Source: Azolla caroliniana (Eukaryota > Plantae > Polypodiophyta). Taken from it: a stretch of DNA of 64,000 bases. How positions within the stretch are numbered: the stretch's first letter is position 1; each line of letters begins with the position of its first letter. Positions 52,770-64,000 of this stretch are shown in pieces. The notes under the pieces were generated by a model. The model saw only the letters and a program-made list of their open reading frames with translations, ran no database searches and was not told where the DNA came from. The stretch is taken from assembly GCA_043228905.1 (NCBI GenBank), contig JBHGNT010000105.1, forward strand, positions 22,331 through 86,330, given 5' to 3'. The position numbers and the translations under genes were made by a program.

Positions 52770-55520
52770 AGGCAATGAGACAGAAGATTTAACAAGATCG
52801 ATAACAAAGCTACACAAATTAGTGTCCATGAATGGTATTGATCTACTTGAGATCAATCAGGTGGAAAACCCCTTTCCATACATTGTATAGGGTGTGATCA
52901 TGAATTCTGTTTTTTACCCTAACATTAAAGAAGTTTTTTCCTAAATTTAAAGATGTGCTTTTTGCTTAAAAGTAATGATATATCTTTTCTCCTTAGAAGA
53001 TAATGAGTCTAAGTGGATATAAACCATATTTTTCTAACTGAATGATCTGCTTGGTTGTCATGACATTATCTCTCCTGCTATCAACGTTTCAAGAGGAGCA
53101 TGTTTGTGTGCTCAGTATTGAAGATCAAACTCCTGGACCACATTCCTGGAATTGTTGAAAAGTTTGGCTAGTTCCCAAGTAGATTCGGACATTTAGTATC
53201 CCTTTTGTGTAACCAGATATCACAATCAACGTCTTAATGCCATAGGGTTTATTTGCTTTGTGATGCAGAACGAACCTATCCACCTGCAATCCACCTTAAC
53301 ACCAAGACAAGCTATTGTGATGCTGCAGTATATAAGCTTGAACATATCTCCAACCCTAAAAACTAGGACAGTAGACCTTTGGCAATCAACTTGATCTTTA
53401 TGTCAAGATATGGGTGTCGGTTGACTCTAGGATCAGGTCTTTCTTGTGTTTGATCACTCATAACTAGGTGGGTTTATTGTGTTCTCTGGGATGTCCACAC
53501 TATACTGTGGATGGAATCTAAACTTGGCAAGGGGTACCATTTTAACCAACTCATCTTCGTACGCTACATTAGAGGTTTATATCCATTGTGTCTGACCATC
53601 TATTTGAGGACAATACTTGAAACAATTCGCACGCTAAAATGGGATAGAGGGAAAAGTTAGATGTGTCATCTTGTACAGTAAAAAACTTGGTCAAGTTCAA
53701 ATGGAGGAGAGTAGGCCGTTAAGTGAAGGTTTTCATGGGCTCTATGCCAAACATGTTTTGATCCTTACTGGTAAGGGTAGTTAAAGATGCCATGATTGTC
53801 AAATAGTCCCAAATAAACCATCAAAATAGAAGTCTGCAATCCCACGAAACCTTTCAAAGGTTGGGCCACACACAGCAGAAACAGCCTTAGAGGAATTGCA
53901 TTGATGCTTGATCGCTTGCATTTCTTAAAGTGTAAAACCCATGTTTTGCGAAACAATGAGAATATGTATCATATATGCCATCATGACCCATCCCTGTAAT
54001 CATGAAAAATGGCATTCATGTTCTGAAGACGGTGCATTGACAAGTCTAACAAGCATTACTGATTATTCAAAATGCCCATAACATGTGCAAAAGCAGCCTT
54101 CCATTTATCTCCTGCCATGATGAGGAACGAACTTTGGGCACTGTGAAGGCCAAGCTTGAAAATTAATTGCATTGTCCAAAGGTGGTCTAGGAGCTCACTG
54201 ATTGATGGTTAACAATCAGGGGCCACAATAGTTGACACATAGCCTCAAAGATCCATTGTAATCTTTGTTAACAATTAGGATGGGTGCCCTAATAAAAGAC
54301 TTGGAATGTAGGATGAAGTCATTCATGACAACAGATAGCCACAAAGGTTCATCTTAAATCTTTGTTAACAGTTAGGATGGGTGCTCTAGCAGGGGACTTT
54401 GGATGTAACATGAAGCCATTCACGAGGTTGTCATCAATGGAAGCCCAAATATTCTCGAGTTAGGGTTCTGTAGGTCTAATAATCATTAAGGGTAGTATTT
54501 TGACACATGATCCACTTCTTCTTGTGTGGGGATGAGGATATGGTGGCAGACATATTCTTCCTTGTGCTCAAAGCTGTATATAAAAGCATCCACTCACAAA
54601 AAAACCATGTATATGGGTTCATAGGGGCAGGAACAACTGGGTTTCTGAACCGGAGAGATATAAGCATTAAGACAGAATGTCATCCTCAGAGTCAGGCAGA
54701 GGTTAAAATCAACAAATTGAAATGGTCGCCCTCATAGAGATTAAGAGTTTAATAACTTTGAATCTACTCAGGACAAAGTTTTCCTCGTAGATCAGACAAA
54801 AACCTTGGTAGAAAATGGTGAGAAGTCCTTGGTAGGGGTTTAGAAAATGCCCCACCTCTTCAAGTTGAGAAGGATTTTCACAAATTTATTGTTTCCCTTT
54901 ATGTCAATCCTCCAACATTTATTGGATTTTGCAGTAGGTCTCCCACATAGTCTCCTTCGTTAAATTTGATGTGGATATCAAGATTTTCCCACACAATCTG
55001 TAGTGAAGAAGTCTTCTCTGGCGTTTTTATCCGATTGAAGCTCGATCTCATATCCTTGAACCGTTCTTGTGAAAAGAATATCTGGGCTGGATATCTGGAG
55101 TAGGCAATTTGATGTAAGAAATCCATGGAAGAACATAAACTTTCTGGAGTCAGAGATCATTGGGAATATAGGGAGACAAATTTCTATAGGGATCGTTCGT
55201 TACCTTCAAATTCCAATGGGGGTAATCAAATAAGATGATAACCATAGTCAAAATACTTCCACAAACTACATAGTTTATATCTCTTAGGTTAGTGGATCCT
55301 CCCTCACTGACCATATTCACGTACATGATCATGGGATGCCTTTTTTTCCTTCAATGCTCATTGACCAAAAGATTAAAATTTCCCCAAAACAACCTAAATG
55401 TCTTGGATCCCACCATTCCAGCAATGATCCAATACCTACAATTGCTGCAAATTCTCCTATTGGGACCTGGTTCTTGAAGCTACTGAGTTTCATGATTGCA
55501 ACCGCCCTCAATGGAGGTTC
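52770..55520 (-). mobile_element. Degraded Ty3/gypsy gag-pol (gag, RT and integrase fragments)
   Basis: The minus strand gives GFMLHPKSPARAPIL, GSLRLCVNY, LISELLDHL, GDKWKAAF and YGHFE..NAP..MNAIFH (gypsy RT). Gag-like sequence is at ~55330-55510 and integrase-like sequence near 52800. Many stops. An internal ~92-bp duplication lies at ~54247-54426. No intact LTR pair seen. Confidence 0.82.
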
Positions 55521-56503
55521 ATGTTCAATCTCACAAAGGGCTTACTTGATTGCAAATCAGTGGTCTTTGGTGTTGGGTCCAAATGTTGTTGCGCAGTTAT
55601 ATGCATGATTTCGAGACAATGATGAATTCACCTGACAAGCATTTAGGCTTGAGGGTGAGACTAGCAATATGTAAACTATTTTCCAATAACGCTATTGATT
55701 TGCTCTACATCTTCGAATTCTCACAAGACCCACACATCTCACCACTCGCACTCACTCACCTTCAATATTCACAATCTCCCGAGTCATCTTCGCCACACTC
55801 TATGCGTCGACTAACACCCCATCCTACACTACCCTCGTAGCCCCCTTCATCACTTCCCACCTCTACTCCTCACTCCTGCAATCACTCTCACATATCCAAA
55901 CATATGGGTGAGAGAGACATGAAGAGAGATGAAGTGAGGCCTTAGAAACTTTAAAAAACCCAAAGAGAATTATAAGAAATCGGGCCATAATTTAAAACTT
56001 GTAAGACATTTTGAAAATGAGGTGTAAAAGAAAATTACAAGCTTTTTACTTCTTCATTCGCTATTAGTCTAGCTTGAACTCTCATTCTTAACCTTGTGCA
56101 ATATTGTAGGCACTTCATGATCATCAAGCAATGATGAATATTGGTAACATTGTCTCTGTGATTTCATTGCATTTTCCTTTCTTTTCTTTCATAGGACTAA
56201 ATTAAGTGCATTGTCGAGTCATTAAGTAAATGTTAGCAACTTATCATGTTTGTGAGGATTAAGTGTGTTAGAGACCAAGATAGATTTTATGAGTGATGAA
56301 GCACCTAATTAACATAGGCAATATTATTGGTAATTGACACCCACAATGTATGTTTTCTTGGTCCCACAACAATCTAATTGGAGGAAAATTGTTAGCTATT
56401 GCATTGACTTGATGTGGTAGGTGCACAAGGAGGAAATCTCCTAAAGGTCAAAGTTTACATTAGGTCAAGATTCTCATCAAAGTGAAGACCAAAAGGAAAA
56501 GAG

Positions 56504-56909
56504 AGGAACATGTCGTCAATATTAGACTCACCTCACAACAATTCATCTTAGCTTTCAACAAATTGGATCCGTAGGCTCAATGCAAGAAAAGAGCTTGGGT
56601 AAGGCTCTCTTGAGAAGATCACCTTTTGTGGTAATCGAATCTGCCAAATAGAATCCATATGCTCTTTTTGTGTTGGAAATTCGAATGGCCAAGCTTTGAC
56701 AACTGATGGAATTGCATGGGAGGCCTACAACAACAAAGGGAACATGCCATCAATATTAGACTCACTGCACAACAATTCACCTTAGCTTTCGGCGAGTTGG
56801 ATCTGTAGGCTCAATGCAAGAAAAGTGCTTGGGTAAGGCTCTCCTCGAGAAGATCGCACTTTTGTGGTAATAGAATCTGCAAAGTCGAATCCATATGCTC
56901 TTTCTATGT
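56504..56909. repeat. Diverged ~170-bp direct repeat (period ~235 bp), probably TE-derived
   Basis: ggaacatg..tcaatattagactcac..acaacaattca.cttagctttc..gtaggctcaatgcaagaaaag.gcttgggtaaggctctc..gaatccatatgctc occurs at 56504-56671 and 56738-56909. Confidence 0.82.
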
Positions 56910-59900
56910 AGGCCTAATAGGTCACTCATCGTCCGCGTTGGTTTGACATGGGAAAAGTGTGTGGTAAGGCTCTCTTTGAGGAGGACACGCTTGTGGAACT
57001 TGTGGAGTTGCGCTTTTTGTGTAAGCCTAAGTGAATCATGTATATGCTTGTCGCTTGCTTCTTTTGTTAAAACAAATTGTTCATGAGTTGAGGAAATGAG
57101 AATTTTTTGACTTCTCAATTTCTTGTATTCAAGAGATCGATGGGAAAAGCGATCAAGTATCGACGAAATGAGAAAATAACCCTTGAACAAAAAACTTGGC
57201 TAATCTACAAGAGTTTAACCCACATCTCTAGATTAAAAAAAATTTGATTCCCTCCCATTGGGCGATACTCAGACACGAGAAAGTATCTGAGCATCATAGT
57301 CAACTCAATACAATGTGTGAACTTGTCCACGTGACACAAAATAGTCATTTTGTGGACTTTGTCAACATGATAAGACATTAGTCATCATATGAACCTGTCC
57401 ATGTGAAGGAAATTATCAAGCAGGAATTCTCGTTGTGGGATCCCAAGTCATGTGGAATTGGCCACACAAAGGTTCTCCTAAAGGGTTCCTTCGTGGAAAA
57501 TCCCCCACAATAGAGGTCATTGAGTTCTATTGTGTAGGGCCTTGAACAGTAGCTAGAGGGAGAGAGGTGCAATTCAAGCATTCACACACTATTCCCGTAA
57601 ACCACTCCATCACTTGCAATAGATGACATCGTTGGTCTCTCTCCCGAGCCTAGGTTCACACTAAATAGCACTAGTAAAACCCTTCGTCTTTACCTCTATC
57701 CCCCTATTAGCTAATAGTCTAAAGTGGGGAAAACTTTATGTTTCCGGAAACACCCTCAGATTATCGACAAAATAAACATATACACAAATACAATTTCCTA
57801 AAGTCTACACCTGCCTTAAATTATGAAACCTTTGCACATAGACAGTTACTCATTAGCCCAAACAACCACACCCATGTACACATACACATAAATGCACACT
57901 CAAACACACATGAACGAATCATTTCACACAAACACAAACACATGAATTCTTGAGCACAAACATACAAGTAAAATGAACATCATTTCACGCTCAACACCAA
58001 AAGAAAAACTTACGAATTTACAAGTGCGCTCATATTAAAATCATGCATATATGTACATGTTATATTGAATTGGATCAAATTCATGTAAACACATATTACC
58101 TTGCAAATCATTTTCTTATATGTGTTGAATCAAATCACATTTCACATAGAGTAGCCTATTACGTTACATTTTTCGCACATACATGGTGCGTACTTCCAAG
58201 TGCATCTGGACAACTCAAAAAGGGAAGATCATTAGAAGCACTATCATCTTAACTGCAATTCTTGCAAAGATTCATCGACAATGTCATCAAAGTCAACTTC
58301 CTTGGTTCAAGTCCTTGATGGTCCCCCTTGCATTCATCACACGCACGTGCGAATTCTTGCAACAATGTTGATCCGCAACATCAATTTGAAAAACTTCTTC
58401 ACGTTTATTACACTATATTGTTACAAGAATACCAAACTAGGCAGGTTGTTGGGTTTTGTCCACCTATAGTCACGACAATTGGCACAAGTTATGTATTTGG
58501 GGTTGTTGCAACCAAAAAATCACATGTAATATGATTTTTGGAAAAGTGGGGTTTTCATTATGGCTCTTATTAACTAAATGAACAGTCATATTTATTAAAG
58601 CCGTTTTCCAAAATTGAAGGGTTGAAAATTGATAACATCGCCAAGTTGGACTTCCAATTTTCAAAGTAATGTGTTCACAATGCTTGAAGTTGTAATAGCA
58701 ACTAATGGTTAGCTTCTTGTGGACCAAAACAAATTCTATTTTCTCATGAGTTCTTTTTTTCTCCACAAAAACACTACTTCGCATTAGTTGGGAAACAAAA
58801 TACAACAAAGTTCAACTCGAATCCACAATAGGGTCAATAGATACAACACGGAGGAACAACAAAACTCACACGGCCCTTATCCCCAACAAAACTGAAACAA
58901 ACCCCATTTTACACCATCTCTACTCTTCCAAATAGACTCTTTGATAAGTTATACTCTCGTGAGTATTATTACCAAACCTATTTATCCAATTCATGTGTAA
59001 TGACAAAGGAATTTCAGGAGGCTCTAAGGAATTGTAGTTCAAACTATCTATAGTGCACCAATGGTAGTACATCTACATTGGTGAATATTGTGAACCACAA
59101 TAAAATAAGAAAACAAAACTAATTATCTTCTATTATATAATTTCCCTAACACATTAGGACTTATAACATGAAGAATTCATGAGATTATTCATCAAAACTA
59201 TTATATCTTAGATGTGGTTCATCATTCTAAAGTCATTGTTGCAATAATTGTAATATAGATTGTGTGGAATAACTTCGACTTCACATTGTTGCAAAAAACA
59301 CATTGCCAATTATTGTTCTTGCCGATTGTGGTCTTTGATTCAAGATGTACCACACATGTAATAGACAACATGTTTGATTGTTTGTATACATAATGTTGAT
59401 ATGGCATGTATTAGAGCAAGAAAATGCTACATATTGAAAATTCATTAGGTTTCTCATAATTAACACATGTACATAGAAATGTTCTTATGCCATAGTATTA
59501 CTATTATATTAAAAGTAATCTATTCATGCCTCAAAGCAAGGAAAACAAAAAATAATCTTTACAATAGAGTTAAGTAGTAAGAAGACAAAAACATACAGGC
59601 CATGTTCATGATTGTCATGATAAGAAAATGAAAATTTAAAAGTTTTAATATTTTACTTCCTTTGCAAGATTTCTATATGATTATAGAAATGTCCAATACT
59701 TTTTCATCAAGCCTTGAGTCTTCACACATTCCAAAAGAAGAATATAAAAGCCAAGAATAGTTTCAGACTTTCAATTACATATTATGTATCTCTTAGGGGG
59801 TCAATCAATGTCAAAGCACAAGAAGGTACACAAGTTAACAAAAACAATTTGCAATATGTTATTACTTTCATCTAAGAACTCATAATGTTAGGCATCACAA

Positions 59901-61816
59901 GATGGTAAAAAAAACATGAATGTGTTGTGAAGCACATGTCACATGCATACCATCTAGAGGAATTTTTGTGCTAGAGAAACTAATTAATTCTTCAACTCTA
60001 TTCACTTAATAGACAAATTGAATAGTAGCAAGGGTGGAGTTTCACTACCCCATTGTACGATATAGGAGTGAAGGAGCATATTATACCTCTTTTTTTATTC
60101 TTAGCAAGTTAATATTTGCTTGTGATAAGATTGAATCAAACTTTTGGAAAAACGACTAAATCCATTTCTAGGTTTTCTTACGTGATATTTACAAGCTTTT
60201 AGCTAATAAATGGCCTTATAGGGAAAAACTTGATAACAAAGGCTTGTAGTCTAGCAACTAGGCAATGGAGTACGACGTGGTACCATGTCAACGAGCAACA
60301 ATTCGTCATCACCAAATTGTCATCTTCTCAGATTTGGTGTGAAAATAGCAAGTCTAACAATTGCTCGTGGAAAGTGAGAATAAAACGGATGTGGAAAAGT
60401 AAGGAACTTAGACACAAACTTTTCAATTGGGAGAGTTTTTTTGCTTGCATTTTGAGAATAAATAATAGATATTTCAAAAGTAAAGAAGAAGAGAACCATG
60501 TATTGACAACATGGAACAATTGTGGATCAGTAAATCCGGGGAGAGTCATCGTCTGTGAGAATGTTGTTTTGTGATCATCTTCTTTTTTCCTTTTTTCCTT
60601 GTTGACACATTTGCAATCTTGTTTGATCAATACTACGTTGCATGTGACGTGTTCTTTTTATTGTGGATGTAGTTCCTACATTATCCTACTTGTTTATTTT
60701 GTCATTGTTTAACCAAATAAGTAATAAGCTAAAACTGGAAATGTTTATCAATTACAACTTTTATATACCATCTTTTTGTGAATGGGATAAGAATCAATAT
60801 CTTCAAGTACATGAAGATCAATTGTAACAATATGGTGGTTTACTAGTTTGCAATCGACGACAAAAGTGTCTACGATGTCGAAGACTTATTGACCTTGTGC
60901 AATAAAACCACACAATTTTCACTAACAAGGAGACTTTTGTGGATCAATTTACCAATGGTTACTACCACCATAATGGTCAATTCAAGCGTTGATTCACTCA
61001 CAACAACTAACCAAAGAAACTAGGGAGCAATTTTAATCATGAGATTTGCAGCATGGTACATTCGAGAACGAAAAGTTCAAGACGTATTGAAGATAAATCA
61101 ATAATACTTCAAGTAGAGTCCTGTCAACGACAATAGCAAGTAATAGGATTTGTGCACCTCTTAGTTCTACTAGCTAGCATGGGCCAAAGGGTGACAAATG
61201 GGATAAAATGGATAGTTTAAAATCGGGATAGAATGTACATTTCAAAGTTGATCCCAACCTAAGAAACATGATATCGATGTTTGCCATAGTCATCCAGTTG
61301 CACTACAACTATAGCGGCGTAACAAATCAAACAATGAACTTCAAAATTGGCAATCATATCGATAAGTTCAAAGTATGGCATCTCTCATTCAGAATTTATC
61401 ATGACAATTCGCACCATCCCCCAATTACATTTATCCCAATTTTGTCGGATTCCTTAGTGACCCCTAATCTAATAGTTGGAGCACTGATATTGGTGCCTTT
61501 CCCTCCTCCCATGCCAACAAACAAAAAGAAGCAAGTGATGATACCATGACAGGCATGCACGGGAAAGCAAGGGATGGATGGGGCGGTGCGATGCATAATG
61601 GGTATGAAGAAGAAGAAGAAGAAGAAGAAGAAGGTAAGGTGTAAGAAGAGCATGGCAATGGCAATGGCAATGGCATTGGGTTGAAGAGGAGTAGTAGAAA
61701 GAAAGTAGAAGAACAGAGAGAGACAAAGAGAGAGACAGAGAGAGGGGTGAAAATGACAAAAACAGGGCACGGAAAGCACCAAAAGCAAAAACAAAAGAGA
61801 AAAACAGAGTCCCAGC

Positions 61817-61853
<37 letters not shown>

Positions 61854-62091
61854 GAGAGAGGTAGACCTAACCCACACAAAGAACAGAGTCCTTCTCCCAA
61901 TCTCTCTCTGTCTCTGTCTCTGTCTCTGTCTGCTCGATCTCGATGGATGGATTGATGTGGGTGAGCTGCCCTTCTGCCATTTCGATTGCCATTGCCATTT
62001 CCATTGCCATGGCCGTGGATAGGATCCACCATGCCTTCTAAGCCCGTCCCTTCCCCTCCCATGGTTTCCCTAGTTTCTAATTACCCTATCC

Positions 62092-63828
62092 ATGGAACAG
62101 AACACATGGCCTCGAGCCTCTGGGGGCCACGCCTTCTCCACCATCTCTGCTTCTTCTTCTTCCTCTTCTTCATCGTCCTCTTCTTCTTCTTCTTCTGCTA
62201 GTAGATGGAGAGAAGCCATGGAGGTTGATTGGCAACAGATCAGCAATACTAGTAATAGTACTCATAATAACAATAACAGAGATGATCCTCTTCTCAATAC
62301 AGATTTTGTTAAAAGTCGGGCTTCTAATCGTGGCCGGAAAGACAGAAAATTTCACTCGTCTTCTTCTTCAGGACACGGAGAAACTAAGGTCAGGTCAGAA
62401 GAACACGGTGTGAACTTTAGTAGACATATCAGGTCTCTGCTGTCGTCCCCACATACATCCCAATCGAGAAACTCTAATCTTATTAAACATTCCACTGTTT
62501 ATCCAAATCCTTCTGCTTATGGACCTTCATCTTCATCCTCCTCGTCACATGGAAACCCTAATTTACATGAAGTTTCGTGCTCTACTAACCCTAACCCTAC
62601 TTTTGGTTCATCTTCTTCACATCAAGCGTTGTTTCCTACTAGCTCTAGCACTAATTTTGGTTCCTCTTCATCACATCAGGCGTTGTTGCCGGCAATCCCT
62701 AATCTTGGTTTCTCTACATCACATCAAGTGTTGTCGCAGAAAAATCCTAAATTTGGCTCCTCATCATCACATGAAATGTTGCTGACTACAAGTCGTAACC
62801 CTAATTTTGGCGTATCACATCAAGTGTTGTTGCCCAAGAACCCTGACTTTGGGTCCACTTCATCACACCGTGTCGAAACTTCACCCCCAGTGAACTCTAG
62901 TTTTGGTGTGAATTTTGCTTTGCTTCCTGATGACATTCTGTTGAGAATTTCGGGTGCATTTTCGTGGCCCAACTTATGGGCAGCCACCATGGTTTGCCGG
63001 TCGTGGAGTATTGCACTTGCTCCATTGCGAGAAGCAATGCTTTTTGTGCATTGGGGGAAGAAGTTCAAACATGGACGGGCAGGGGTATCTCGGAACCTCG
63101 ATAAGGCTCTCGATTCTTTCTTGAAAGGTGCGACACGTGGATGTGCAGCTGCTATGGTTGATGCAGGTCTCCTCCTTTGGGAAACGGTAATTTCTGCTTG
63201 ACCATATGCACTTTTTTTTTATTTATGGTTAATAAGCATTTATAAAACTGCTAACAAAGCATTTCAAAGAACTCATTGCTTATAAACATTTAAAGTCGTC
63301 ACATTGAAGTATTTCAACTCACTCATCATATAGAAGCTCTAAATTCATTACTTAGAAGTGACTTAACTAATCACCTAGAGACATTGAAACTTGACATTTT
63401 AAGGCATTTAAGCTCATCCCAATTTTTCTTTGCAGGGTAAGCGACAAGAAGGTGTCTATTGGTATAAAAAAGCGGCTGAGCTTGGGGATTCTGCCGGCCA
63501 GTGCAACCTTGGTCTTGCTTATCTTCAAGGTGCACTTCCTGGTCTTTATTGGTTGGAATATTAATTTTATCTGGTATTTAAATTGCTTGGAACATTAATT
63601 TATTTGATATTTTTATTAGCTGGAACTTTTATCTATCTGATATTTGTTGGATGAGACATTAACTTATCTGTTTTTTTTTTTTGCTATATGTGAACAGATC
63701 CAGCTAACCCAACTGAAGCTGTTATGTGGTTTCGACGAGCAGCTTTCGCAGGCCATGTCCGAGCGCAATACAGCCTTGCGCTTTGTTTGCAGCAGGGAAG
63801 GGGAGTTGAATGTAGCTCAATAAAAGCA
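62092..63828 (+). CDS. F-box plus Sel1-like repeat protein (At1g70590-like), 3' end outside the window
   Basis: Exons 62092-63186 (MEQNTWP; F-box FALLPDDILLRIS..VCRSW; WGKKFKHGR..ALDSFLKGA..AMVDAGLLLWE), 63436-63529 (WYKKAAELGDSAGQCNLG) and 63698-63828 (AGHVRAQYSLALCLQQGRGV). GT-AG, in phase. Confidence 0.93.
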
Positions 63829-64000
63829 GTAAGTATTCTTTTTTTTTGGATGTTTTAACTTGTATATATTTGCTTAGGCTGATGTATAATTTTTTCATTT
63901 GATATATTTCCTGGAAGGAGTTATTATGATCCATTTCGATGTAACCATGTTTAAGATAAATAATTGCAGTAGATTTTTCCAATTCAAGGTAATTGAAAAA

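Noticed and set aside
61399-62062. 130-197 aa minus-strand ORFs upstream of the F-box gene
   Set aside because: Made of translated microsatellites; open frames reflect low stop-codon density.

Overview
Land-plant nuclear DNA with intron-containing genes, many microsatellites and degraded TE debris. A fern-like source is suggested by PLS-class PPR remnants and SSR-rich UTRs, but this is inference only. Manual splicing supports these genes: TGA-class bZIP/DOG1 TF (+, 2667-5139), divergent NAC-domain ORF (-, 6375-~7079) with an upstream EAR-motif acidic ORF, GDSL lipase (+, 13597-16222), DUF1218 membrane protein (-, 18112-20454), SLC25A44-like mitochondrial carrier (+, 28133-29413), HEC/LAX1-type bHLH (+, 35809-37305), 11-exon HD-Zip IV with a GC-AG intron (-, 38292-45122) and an F-box/Sel1 gene running off the right end (+, from 62092). 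A probable gene 5' end also runs off the left edge. Mobile DNA includes a long-TIR MULE-like MITE, a TSD-flanked 5'-truncated retroposon, and copia, gypsy, RTE-LINE, MULE and hAT remnants. The most unusual area is 6.4-8.7 kb. There a ~80-bp near-perfect hairpin (candidate MIRNA/hpRNA) sits head-to-head, across a double G-box promoter, with a putative repressor that has its NAC domain at the C-terminus. No database searches were run; family calls rest on recognised motifs.
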